In this document: piece after piece, positions 1 to 8,984 of the stretch
Layout: each line of letters starts with the position of its first letter
Position numbering within the stretch: position 1 is the stretch's first letter
Assembly: GCA_963735595.1 (NCBI GenBank)
Contig: CAVTLK010000002.1
Coordinates: forward strand, 795,420 to 859,419
From: an uncultured delta proteobacterium
GTDB taxonomy: Bacteria > Desulfobacterota > Zymogenia > Zymogenales > Zymogenaceae
Length of the DNA: 64,000 nt
Direction: 5' to 3'
Position numbers and translations under genes: made by a program
The notes under the pieces: generated by a model
Database searches by the model: none
What the model was told of the DNA's origin: nothing
Seen by the model: only the letters and a program-made list of their open reading frames with translations

Positions 1-67
1 TGAGGGCGGCGGTGATGTCTCCTGCCTTGGTGTCGTAGGTCTTGAGAATGTAGTTGACCTGTTTCAT
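1..67 (-). CDS. 5' end of an unidentified gene running off the window (MKQVNYILKTYDTKAGDITAAL...)
   Basis: Minus-strand ATG at 67 with AAGGA upstream; open to the edge. Confidence 0.45.
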   Translation of the reverse strand, partial: MKQVNYILKTYDTKAGDITAAL

Positions 68-229
68 TTAGTTTGGTCCTTTAGTAAGTGGTGCCGGTAT
101 CGGAATGCCAATATAATAACTATACCATGCCGTGCCGTGCCTGTCCAGACGGTGCGCCGATTTTTTTTATGGATGCCCGGGATGGGTATAGTGGACGTCG
201 GGGTGAGGGACGGCGAGGAAGCGAAGAAG

Positions 230-259
230 TCCGGGGCGGGATTTCCATCCCGCCCCGGA
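230..259 (-). terminator. Probable intrinsic terminator of the outer-membrane protein gene
   Basis: Perfect 13-bp stem tccggggcgggat/atcccgccccgga just past the stop at 271; weak U tract. Confidence 0.55.
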
Positions 260-270
260 TTACAGCAATA

Positions 271-1770
271 TTAGAGATCCCACATTCTCATAAAGCCAAC
301 CGATACCGTCCAGTCAGGATCGTATTCGGCAAGTCCGGCAGCGCCCGAGACGTAGAAGGCGGATTTGCCGACGAGGAACCTGAGGCCGCCGCCGGCCATG
401 TAGCTCCGGACGGTCTCCGCGGTGGAGAACTTACCATAGAACTCGCCATATACGGACATCCAGTTGGTCACGGCATATTCCGTACCGAGGGAGACGACGT
501 ACGAGTCGTTCTGGCTGTTCAGATTTTCGGGATCACCCTCGATCACAAGGCCTGCGTTTGCATGGGCGGCCAGTTTCTTGTACGAGACCGACGCAAGGAT
601 GAGGCCGGTGAAATCCATCTTTCCGCTGTCCAACCCGTCGTCATACGAATCCAGGGGAAGTTTGACGTCGGTAAGGAATCCGAAGCGGAATGCTCCAACC
701 TCCCAGGGAGATACCTTGAAGCTGACGTGGACGTTTGAAATGCCGTCGGTATCACCATAGGCGGGGGAATCGTCAAGGAAATAATACGAACTGGAGAATC
801 CGATATCGACGCCGTTTGCCAGACCGACCCTGAACTCCTTGAAAAAGGCATCATAGAGCATCGAGTCGTCCGAGTAACCCGCAGCCGAAAGGCCCAGCCC
901 GGTGTAGACCTCGCCCTTCCCGACCGTCCATGCCTCCCTGGTTTTCATCGGGAAGGGGTAGTAGGCCAGACGCAGGGGGGACTCATCGGTGTAGAACGAC
1001 AGCGCGCCGCTGGGTCCGACAGCCCATACGCGGGAGAGGGACAGTCCGGCCGACCACTCGGGTGTATCCGACGTCAGGCCGTACGACCCGGTGACACCCC
1101 ATTCCCATCCCCAGGCGAGGGGGCCGACGACGCCGAGGGAGACCGCTGCGATTTCGTGATCTTCGTCGCCGGCGGTTCCGGCAACGTCAGCCACGATTGA
1201 CCAGTGATCGGTAATCAGGTATTCTACGCCCACGCCGTAGGCGAACAGGTAGTCATAGTGGCGGTAGCGCTGGCCGTCGCCGATAACGGCCAGGCCGGCG
1301 TTGAGGTTGATCTTCAGGTTCTTAACCGTCGCGGTATAGAGCCCGGTTACGAAGAAATCCTGTTCGTCGGTTCCAATCCCGTTAAATTCCTGGGCGTTTG
1401 GGAGCTTGGTCGCGATCGAAAAGCCGAGCCGCCCCCAGGGCCCCTTCCAGGGAGACACCTTGAGGCCGATAGTAAGGTCACCGGAGCCAGAATCCGTGCT
1501 GTCGTCGGACCACCGGCGCGTCATATAACCGCCGTATCTGAGGATCAGATCGGTATCGTCCGAGACGCCCCACGCCGCGTCGAAGCCGGGCGTGCTCAGG
1601 AGCAGCGAAGAATCGGGAAGCTCCGAAGCCGAGAATTTTAAGTCAAAACGGAGGTTCCCGCCCCCGACGGTCTCGGCGCGGTCGGTAGTCAGAGGGTTGA
1701 GCTCAGCGGCCTGCGCGGAAACCCCGGCGGTGAGTAGCCCCACAAGAACGAGGAAGAGAATCCTTTTCAT
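271..1770 (-). CDS. Outer-membrane beta-barrel protein (phenol-degradation/transporter-like), internally duplicated
   Basis: Signal peptide MKRILFLVLVG...AQA, amphipathic strands, two homologous halves, aromatic C-terminus. Confidence 0.7.
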   Translation of the reverse strand: MKRILFLVLVGLLTAGVSAQAAELNPLTTDRAETVGGGNLRFDLKFSASELPDSSLLLSTPGFDAAWGVSDDTDLILRYGGYMTRRWSDDSTDSGSGDLTIGLKVSPWKGPWGRLGFSIATKLPNAQEFNGIGTDEQDFFVTGLYTATVKNLKINLNAGLAVIGDGQRYRHYDYLFAYGVGVEYLITDHWSIVADVAGTAGDEDHEIAAVSLGVVGPLAWGWEWGVTGSYGLTSDTPEWSAGLSLSRVWAVGPSGALSFYTDESPLRLAYYPFPMKTREAWTVGKGEVYTGLGLSAAGYSDDSMLYDAFFKEFRVGLANGVDIGFSSSYYFLDDSPAYGDTDGISNVHVSFKVSPWEVGAFRFGFLTDVKLPLDSYDDGLDSGKMDFTGLILASVSYKKLAAHANAGLVIEGDPENLNSQNDSYVVSLGTEYAVTNWMSVYGEFYGKFSTAETVRSYMAGGGLRFLVGKSAFYVSGAAGLAEYDPDWTVSVGFMRMWDL

Positions 1771-1983
1771 TTTTCTACCTTCCATGAATTGATTACTTAT
1801 TTATTCATTAGAAATAGAGCCAGTATAGTTCTACCATTTTATATCCCGTTTTGTCAAACAATAACGGGATACTGATAAACAGCACGCTCCGGCCGTCCGT
1901 TCGGCGGTCGCCCGACGGTTTTCTGTTGATTATTCGCCGTGTCGTTTGTAAAATAGTAACAGGACCATCCGATAGGATTATCG

Positions 1984-2778
1984 GTGAGAATTCTCTGCTT
2001 TTTTGCGATAGTACTTGCCCTGATCGGCCCGCTGCGCGACGCGACGGCCGCCGCAGAGGACGTATCCCTGCTTCTCGGCCGGGGGGACGCCGCCTGGGAA
2101 AAACGGGGGACGGATGGGACCGTCGAAAACGGTAACGCCGCCAACCTTTTCCTCTCCGCCGCCAAAACCGCTCCCTACAATTACGAAGCGCATTGGAAGG
2201 CCGCCCGCTGCCTCTGGTGGATGGCCGACCAGGACCTCCTGGCCAACGACAATAGAAACCGGCAGCGCGATCTCTCACGCGGGGCGATGGACCTTGCCGC
2301 CCGGGCTATCCTCATCCGGCCCGACGGAGTCGAGGGGCGTCTCTACTGGGCGCTGTCGGCCCTGCATTACTGCTACGGTGTCGGCATGGTCGATGCCCTC
2401 AAGGAGGGCATACAGGACGAAGCCGCGCGTCACCTTCTCTATTGTTACGAACATGACAAGACCGCCGGAGGGGGGATCGTCATGCTGGGTCTCTCATCGC
2501 TGTATCGAACGGCGCCGTGGCCGCTGAGGGATTCGGGAAAGGCCGTCGATTACGCCCGCGAAGCCCTATCGGCGCGCCCGGGAAATATTCGGGCCGCGGT
2601 CTTCCTGGGTGTGGCAGTGGGGGCGGCCGGTCGGTACGACGAATCGTTGGAACTCCTCACCGTGGCCTCCGAAATGGACGGGGATACGGCGCTGGAACCC
2701 GACTGCACGTGGTGGAAACGTTTTGCCCGGACATGTATCGAGAGGGGGAACATACCCGATCCCGATAAACTGCTATAG
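1984..2778 (+). CDS. Exported TPR-like helical repeat protein
   Basis: Signal peptide; TPR-like segments (NYEAHWKAARCLWW, DGVEGRLYWA, GRYDESLELL). Confidence 0.65.
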   Translation: MRILCFFAIVLALIGPLRDATAAAEDVSLLLGRGDAAWEKRGTDGTVENGNAANLFLSAAKTAPYNYEAHWKAARCLWWMADQDLLANDNRNRQRDLSRGAMDLAARAILIRPDGVEGRLYWALSALHYCYGVGMVDALKEGIQDEAARHLLYCYEHDKTAGGGIVMLGLSSLYRTAPWPLRDSGKAVDYAREALSARPGNIRAAVFLGVAVGAAGRYDESLELLTVASEMDGDTALEPDCTWWKRFARTCIERGNIPDPDKLL

Positions 2779-2837
2779 GGAGCGCCCTTCTCCGGATCGG
2801 GCGTCGGTCTATTCACGGGTCTAAACCGGTAACCGGG

Positions 2838-3407
2838 ATGAATGGCACGGGCGATTCTCAAGAGAAACTCGGTTGGTTTTCCCATATCCCGCTGGACTAC
2901 TACATTGACCAGAAGGGGAGGGAGCATATCTTTCGGTTCGCCGGGAGGCGCGATTTCGAAAAGGTCATGGCGATGTACCGGGGATTTGAGCCGAAGCGGA
3001 GTAACATGGGGGTGCCGCCGGAAGACCCGGATCGACTTGAGGCATGGGTAACGCACTTCTTTGCGGAAGGCATCAGCAACCTCGTGGCGATGGACCCCGA
3101 TGACTCGATCGTGGGGCACGCCGCCATCCTGCCCATAACTTCCGAGGTCTCCGAGTATTTCATGGCGGTGCTGCCGGTCGACCAGAGCGCCGGGATCGGA
3201 GGTGTGCTGGCCCAGGTCGTCATAGAGGCCGCCCGGTACCTGAGGGTCAAGCGGCTCTGGATCTGTGTCGATAAATCAAACGTCAGGGCGTTGCGTCTGC
3301 ATCGGAGGCTCGGTTTCGTGATCCAGGAGGGAAGGCTCGGGTATGATTACGAGATGACCTACGAAGTCGGCAGCGCGGTGGGTGTGCACTACGGGTTGGA
3401 GACGTAG
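2838..3407 (+). CDS. GNAT family N-acetyltransferase
   Basis: VLPVDQSAGIGG acetyl-CoA motif A; SNVRALRLHRRLGF motif B. Confidence 0.8.
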   Translation: MNGTGDSQEKLGWFSHIPLDYYIDQKGREHIFRFAGRRDFEKVMAMYRGFEPKRSNMGVPPEDPDRLEAWVTHFFAEGISNLVAMDPDDSIVGHAAILPITSEVSEYFMAVLPVDQSAGIGGVLAQVVIEAARYLRVKRLWICVDKSNVRALRLHRRLGFVIQEGRLGYDYEMTYEVGSAVGVHYGLET

Positions 3408-3624
3408 GCCGGCGCCGTCCGGGGATTTCTCGTGACATACCGCGCGCGAGCGTATAAAATAACAATCAGATCCGATACCGCGGCGCCGGTATCTCCGCAT
3501 CTCACATTCGCGCCGCTCCCGAAATACCGTGGTTCCCCCGTGCTCCGGGCCCTTCCCCGATGATTGATCGATTTCTGCGGGCGTCCGGGAGCGGGTTTTT
3601 TCCTCAACAAGGGTAGAGTCGCGC

Positions 3625-5556
3625 GTGCAAACCATCAGGTTTCTCCCCAACCGGCATGAGATCTCCGTTTCAGGGCAAACGACGGTCCTGGAAGCGGCGT
3701 TTGGTGCGGGGGTCTTCATTCATGCCCAATGCGGGGGTGCGGGGACCTGCGGCGGATGCGCCGTCAGGGTGTTGGGGCAGGCGCCGGAGTCGGCCCAATC
3801 GCTGGCGGTCCTGGGGCGGCGGCGATACGCGGCGGGCTGGCGCCTGGCCTGCGACACCGAGGTCACCGGAGATATGTCGGTCGAGGTGCCGAACAGGCAC
3901 GTCGCCGAATCGGCCCGTCCGCGCGGGGCCGCCCGGCCCGCAGGTGCGCCGGATAATACCGAAGGTCTTACCGATCCACCTACCGAGCGGCACCGCGTTA
4001 CGCTCGTGGCCCCTACCCACGAGGACAACGCCGGCGACCTGACCAGGACCGTCTCCGGGATCAAAAAGGCTGCCGGGGGGCGGCACGTCGCGGTATCCCT
4101 GGAACTGCTCAGGCAAATTCCCGGCCTCGTGCGCGACTATGGCTGGGACGTGGCGGCATATCTGTCGCACCGCGGGCACGACATGGAACGGCCGCACCTG
4201 GCCGGGATCGGTCGCGGCGGGGCACACGAGCCGATGCTCGCGGTTGCCTGTGACGTTGGTACGACCGGCCTCTGGGCGAGCCTCCTTGATATCGAGACAG
4301 GGCGGGAAATCGGCCGGTCGTCCGTCGTGAATCCCCAAGAAGCCTACGGCGCCGATGTCATTTCCCGGATCGTCTATGCCCGTACGGAGGAGGGCGGCCG
4401 AACACTCCAGCGGATCGTAATCGAATCCCTCGACGGGCTGATCGACGAGCTCGTTGCCGCGGCCGGGGCAGACAGGGCGGCCGTCGGCCATATCGTTGTG
4501 GCAGGCAATACCGTCATGAGCCACCTGCTGCTGGGCCTCCCGACCCGGTACCTCCAGATGGCGCCCTACGTCCCGGCGGCGGGCGTCTATCCGGACGTGC
4601 CGGCGCGCGGCCTGGGGTTTGACCTCCCGCCCGAGGCGCCCCTTTTCGTCTTCCCGTCGGTGGCCAGCTACGTCGGGGGAGATATCGTTGCGGGCGTGCT
4701 GGCAAGCGGGTTTTTCAGGGAAAAAACGGTGACCCTCTTCATCGACATCGGCACCAACGGCGAGATTGTCCTGGGCAATGACCAGTGGATGCTCACCGCG
4801 TCGGCCTCGGCCGGCCCGGCCTTCGAGGGGGGAGGCGTACGCTTCGGCATGCGCGCGTCTATCGGGGCCGTCGAGGGATTTTTCATCGACGACGACTACG
4901 AGCCGATGATAACCACCATCGGTAAAAAACCCCCCGTCGGTATCTGCGGCTCCGGGATTATCAATATACTGGCCGGACTCTTTTGTGCAGGGGTGCTCCT
5001 GCCCAACGGGAAGATCAGGGAAGACCTCTCCACGGGCCGGGTGCGGGAGGGCGAAAGCGGGATTGAGTACGTGCTTGTTTGGGCCAAAGACGCCGGTATT
5101 GATGAGGACATCGTCGTTTCCGACGCGGATATCGAAAACGTGATACGGGCGAAGGCCGCGATGTTCGCCGGGTACCGATCGCTCACGGATGCGGCCGGGA
5201 TCGGTATGGATGAAATCGGCCGGGTGATCATCTCCGGTGCCTTCGGAAACTTCCTGGATATCGAAAACGGTGTTCGCATCGGACTGCTGCCCGATATCCC
5301 GAGGGACCGTTTTGTCTTCATCGGCAACGGGTCGCTCTCGGGTGCCTGTCTTGCCGCGCTTTCCCGGTCGCGTTTCAGACAGGGGCTCGAAATAGCGCGA
5401 GGCATGACGAACGTGGAGCTCTCGGTCGACCCCGGATATATGGACCGCTACCTGGCCGCCTCATTTCTTCCCCACACGGACAACGGCTTATTTCCGACGG
5501 TCAAAAAGGTACCGGGCGCGCGTCGGGACGCACGCAGGGAGGGGGCATCGGGATGA
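3625..5556 (+). CDS. acsV: ASKHA-family reductive activator of corrinoid Fe-S protein (RACo/AcsV) with N-terminal 2Fe-2S domain
   Basis: CGGAGTCGGC...RLAC ferredoxin; DVGTT, NPQEAYGADVISR, DIGTNGE, SAGPAFEG, GICGSG; acs context. Confidence 0.9.
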   Translation: MQTIRFLPNRHEISVSGQTTVLEAAFGAGVFIHAQCGGAGTCGGCAVRVLGQAPESAQSLAVLGRRRYAAGWRLACDTEVTGDMSVEVPNRHVAESARPRGAARPAGAPDNTEGLTDPPTERHRVTLVAPTHEDNAGDLTRTVSGIKKAAGGRHVAVSLELLRQIPGLVRDYGWDVAAYLSHRGHDMERPHLAGIGRGGAHEPMLAVACDVGTTGLWASLLDIETGREIGRSSVVNPQEAYGADVISRIVYARTEEGGRTLQRIVIESLDGLIDELVAAAGADRAAVGHIVVAGNTVMSHLLLGLPTRYLQMAPYVPAAGVYPDVPARGLGFDLPPEAPLFVFPSVASYVGGDIVAGVLASGFFREKTVTLFIDIGTNGEIVLGNDQWMLTASASAGPAFEGGGVRFGMRASIGAVEGFFIDDDYEPMITTIGKKPPVGICGSGIINILAGLFCAGVLLPNGKIREDLSTGRVREGESGIEYVLVWAKDAGIDEDIVVSDADIENVIRAKAAMFAGYRSLTDAAGIGMDEIGRVIISGAFGNFLDIENGVRIGLLPDIPRDRFVFIGNGSLSGACLAALSRSRFRQGLEIARGMTNVELSVDPGYMDRYLAASFLPHTDNGLFPTVKKVPGARRDARREGASG

Positions 5557-6317
5557 TGAGGATCGCAATAGCAGGAAAAGGCGGAACCGGCAAGACAACG
5601 CTTACCGCGCTCATGGTCGGCGCGCTCAAGGCGAGTGGTATGGTGCCGATTCTGGCCGTGGATGCCGACCCCAACGACAATCTGGGGCCCGCAATCGGGA
5701 TGGCGGTCACGCGGACGCTCGGGGAGATCCGGGAAGATTTCATCGACCGAAGTCCCGATATTCCGCCGGGGATGACCAAGGGAGCTCTCCTCGAAATGCG
5801 GATGCACCAGTCGGTTATCGAGGGCAGCGGCGTTGACCTCCTGGTCATGGGTCGGCCGGAGGGCCCGGGGTGTTATTGCTTTGTCAATAACCTCCTGAGA
5901 AAATCGATAGAGGAGCTCTCGGGCAACTACCGGGTCGTCGTTATCGACAACGAGGCGGGGATGGAGCATCTCTCCCGAAAGGTCGTGGGGGGGATTGACC
6001 GGCTCTTCCTTGTCAGCGACCATACCGTAAAGGGGGTCAGGACGGCGATCCGCCTCAGGGCGCTGGCCGACGACATAGGCGTGGCAGTCAAAAAGGCGCA
6101 TCTCGTGATCAACCGGGTGGGGCCGGATGGATTATCCAATGCCGTGAGGGAAGAGGCCGAAAGAAGCGGGCTTGGGCCGTCGACGATACTTCCCGAGGAC
6201 GAGGACATCGCGCGGGCGTGCCGGGACGATATCCCCCTGGTCGGCCTGCTGGAGACGCCGTACGGGCGGGCGGTAGGCCATCTCATTAATCAGGCAATAC
6301 GAGAGGAGACGACATGA
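5553..6317 (+). CDS. acsF: CooC/AcsF-type nickel insertion ATPase
   Basis: GKGGTGKTT, DADP, GPGCYC, DNEAGMEHLSR. Confidence 0.85.
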   Translation: MMRIAIAGKGGTGKTTLTALMVGALKASGMVPILAVDADPNDNLGPAIGMAVTRTLGEIREDFIDRSPDIPPGMTKGALLEMRMHQSVIEGSGVDLLVMGRPEGPGCYCFVNNLLRKSIEELSGNYRVVVIDNEAGMEHLSRKVVGGIDRLFLVSDHTVKGVRTAIRLRALADDIGVAVKKAHLVINRVGPDGLSNAVREEAERSGLGPSTILPEDEDIARACRDDIPLVGLLETPYGRAVGHLINQAIREETT

Positions 6318-6517
6318 GCGCCGAGAACAATAAGACCCGGGCGGAGGCACCCGGCGTCCTCGGGCCGACCTACGAGGCGGGCAAGCCCGACGCACCCGAC
6401 GACTGGAGGAAGAAGCTCCGCAGCCGGGAAGAGATGCTGGGTTACCTGAAGACCGCCTGCCGCTACTGGTATTCGGACGACTGGTACGGGAGCGAACGGC
6501 GAAAGACCAAGGCGTGA
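6314..6517 (+). CDS. Small hypothetical protein (67 aa) in the acs operon
   Basis: ATGA overlap with upstream gene, GAGGAG RBS, high GC3 codon bias. Confidence 0.7.
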   Translation: MSAENNKTRAEAPGVLGPTYEAGKPDAPDDWRKKLRSREEMLGYLKTACRYWYSDDWYGSERRKTKA

Positions 6518-6683
6518 AGCCACCCCGGATGTGCGTTCATTGGCCGGGTGACATTCGGGGAATCGTGACGTCAATTTTCCGGGCAGCGGGCTTAATCGGT
6601 AATCCCAAAATAACCCTTTTTTTTCCCGCGCCGATCGTTTACAATGAGGCGTTTTTTTCGTCAACACCTGTCAGGAAATCCCC

Positions 6684-7631
6684 ATGGCACAGCTCGAAGC
6701 AAAGATAGTCTACTCCGGGGCCGTGACCCCGGTAACCCTCGGGGCGGCGGGCCGCACCGTGACGGTCGGGGGGGAGACCTCCTATCCCTTTCACCTGTTC
6801 GAGGGGGCGATGCCCAACCGTCCGAGGATCGCCCTCGAAGTGGTCGACACGGGCCCCGGTCAGGAATCGGCGGCGCTCGATTCCGTCTTCGGAGAGGCGA
6901 CCGGCGACCCCGCCGCCTGGGCGAAAAAGGCGGTCTCGGACTATAAGCCGGACCTCATTTGCCTGACGCTCGTCGGAACCGACCCCAACGGGAGAAACGA
7001 TCCCCCCGAGAAGGCGGTCCAGACCGTGCAGGCGGTCCAATCGGCCATCGACGTGCCGCTGGTGGTCTGGGGGTCGGGAAACGAGACAAAAGATGCCGCC
7101 GTCCTCAAGGCGGTGGCAGAGGCGTGCCAGGCAACGCCGCTTGCCCTCGGGCCGGTGGCGGAGGGGAACTACAAGCAGATCGGGGCCTCGGCGCTGGCCT
7201 ACGGGCATGTGGTGATTGCGTCAACCCCCATCGACATCAACCTGGCAAAGCAGCTCAACATCCTCCTGGAAAACCTCGGCATCCCCGCCGACCGCATCCT
7301 CATCGATCCCACGGTGGGGGGGTTGGGGTACGGCTTCGAGTATACCTATTCGGTCATGGAGCGAATCAGGATAGCAGCGCTGACGGCCGGGGACGAAAAG
7401 CTCAGGTCGCCGCTGTTTTGCCATGTCGCCGGGGAGGTGTGGAAGACCAAGGAGGCGCGTCTTACCAAAGAAGAGGCCCCGCTGCTGGGCGATCCCGCGG
7501 TGCGGGGGGTATTACTCGAGGCAATGACTGCCCAGGGGATGCTGCTTGCCGGGGCCGACGTCCTGGTGGTACGCCATCCCGAGACGGCCCGCCTCATGAA
7601 CTGGTTTATGGACGAGATGGCCAAATCATGA
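6684..7631 (+). CDS. acsD: Corrinoid iron-sulfur protein small (delta) subunit
   Basis: VTVGGETSYPFHLFEG, STPIDINLAKQLN, GLGYGFEYTYSVMERIR, GADVLVVRHP. Confidence 0.95.
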   Translation: MAQLEAKIVYSGAVTPVTLGAAGRTVTVGGETSYPFHLFEGAMPNRPRIALEVVDTGPGQESAALDSVFGEATGDPAAWAKKAVSDYKPDLICLTLVGTDPNGRNDPPEKAVQTVQAVQSAIDVPLVVWGSGNETKDAAVLKAVAEACQATPLALGPVAEGNYKQIGASALAYGHVVIASTPIDINLAKQLNILLENLGIPADRILIDPTVGGLGYGFEYTYSVMERIRIAALTAGDEKLRSPLFCHVAGEVWKTKEARLTKEEAPLLGDPAVRGVLLEAMTAQGMLLAGADVLVVRHPETARLMNWFMDEMAKS

Positions 7632-8185
7632 GCCCGACGCTATCGATAGACATCGATCGCTGCGTGGCCTGCGGGCGGTGTGAGATCGCCTGCGTGGTGG
7701 AGCACTCGCCTTCGCGGGACCTGTTGACCGCGGTCGGGCGGCCGGACGCGCCACCGCCACGGGTTACGCTGACCCAACAGGAGGGGATGCCGATCATTCT
7801 GGTCTGCGTCCACTGCGACGATCCGGCGTGCGCCGCTGTATGCCCGGCGGGTGCGATCACAAAGAAGCCGTCGGGCGAGGTGGTGCTCGTCGAGGAAATC
7901 TGCGTGGGGTGCGGCGCCTGCGCGGTCGCCTGTCACCTGGGGGTGCCCGCCGCCCGGGCCGACGGCAGCACGTATGTGACGTGCGATCTCTGCCCGTCCC
8001 GGAGAGACGAGGGGAGGCCGACGGCATGCGCCGAGGCATGCCCGACGGGGGCGATAGCCTTCGACGAGGGCAAAACGGAGAAAGGTCTCGTCTACTATAC
8101 GAAACCGGGCGAAGGCCGCATAGTGTATATGGAACTTGTGGGGGAACTCGCGGGGGAACTCGTGGGCGGCAAAACCGCAAGGTAG
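7628..8185 (+). CDS. 4x[4Fe-4S] CooF/HydN/DmsB-like electron transfer protein
   Basis: CVACGRCEIAC, CVHCDDPACAAVCP, CVGCGACAVAC, CDLC...ACAEACP; ATG overlaps the acsD stop. Confidence 0.85.
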   Translation: MSPTLSIDIDRCVACGRCEIACVVEHSPSRDLLTAVGRPDAPPPRVTLTQQEGMPIILVCVHCDDPACAAVCPAGAITKKPSGEVVLVEEICVGCGACAVACHLGVPAARADGSTYVTCDLCPSRRDEGRPTACAEACPTGAIAFDEGKTEKGLVYYTKPGEGRIVYMELVGELAGELVGGKTAR

Positions 8186-8213
8186 CCAACCCGAATGTCG
8201 CGAGGGGTACGTG

Positions 8214-8969
8214 ATGCTCGATATCACGATTGATGGGATACAGGCGTCGGTCAACGAGGGCCAGACAATACTGGACGCCGCGCGTAAACTCGGGATCGAG
8301 ATCCCGACGCTCTGCTTTGCCCGGTCGCTCCGCCCTCACCGGGCCTGCCGTATATGCACCGTCGAGGTTACCAGGGGGGACAAGGTCAGCTACCTGACGG
8401 CCTGCTCGTACAAGATCACGGAGCCGTTGACCGTCAACACCCGTTCCGAGGGGGCGCTGGCGCGGCGGCGCGAGATCGCCGTGGCGCTGCTCGGTTCGTC
8501 GGCCGGCGCGCCGGCCGTACGACGGATCGCGCGGGAGGCGGGGATCGGTGACCTCCGGGATGGCCCGGAGAACCGCTGCATCCGGTGCGGCCTCTGCGTC
8601 CGGGTCTGCGACCAGGTCATCGGGCGAAAGGCCCTCACCTACGAGAAAGGGGCCGCCGATACGCCCTATACAACCGTGACGGACGGGTGCATCGGCTGCG
8701 GTACCTGCGCGGCGATATGCCCCACCGGGGCCATCACCGTCACGGACAAGAACGGCATCCGGCGCTTTGAGCAGGGGAAGAAAGAGTTTAGACTGGCGTC
8801 CTGCGATACATGCGGCCGTCCCATTACGACCGAGGAGCACCTTTCCGTCATCCGGGAGAAACGCTGTCTCCCGGACGAGGTGGCCCGCATGTGCCCCTCG
8901 TGCAAACGCGCCCGGTTTGGCGATCGCGTCCTCACGGGGGCGTCGGTGGCGCCGCAGAACGTGTCATAG
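8214..8969 (+). CDS. 2Fe-2S plus 4Fe-4S protein resembling the NuoG/HoxU/FdhA N-terminal module
   Basis: IEIPTLC...ACRICTVE...TAC; CIRCGLCVRVC; CIGCGTCAAICPTGAI; C-terminal CDTC/CPSC. Confidence 0.85.
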   Translation: MLDITIDGIQASVNEGQTILDAARKLGIEIPTLCFARSLRPHRACRICTVEVTRGDKVSYLTACSYKITEPLTVNTRSEGALARRREIAVALLGSSAGAPAVRRIAREAGIGDLRDGPENRCIRCGLCVRVCDQVIGRKALTYEKGAADTPYTTVTDGCIGCGTCAAICPTGAITVTDKNGIRRFEQGKKEFRLASCDTCGRPITTEEHLSVIREKRCLPDEVARMCPSCKRARFGDRVLTGASVAPQNVS

Positions 8970-8984
8970 CAATCGGAGACATCG

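Noticed and set aside
6959..7627. N-terminal extension of the 408-aa Fe-S ORF
   Set aside because: It overlaps acsD out of frame; the real start is the coupled ATG at 7628.
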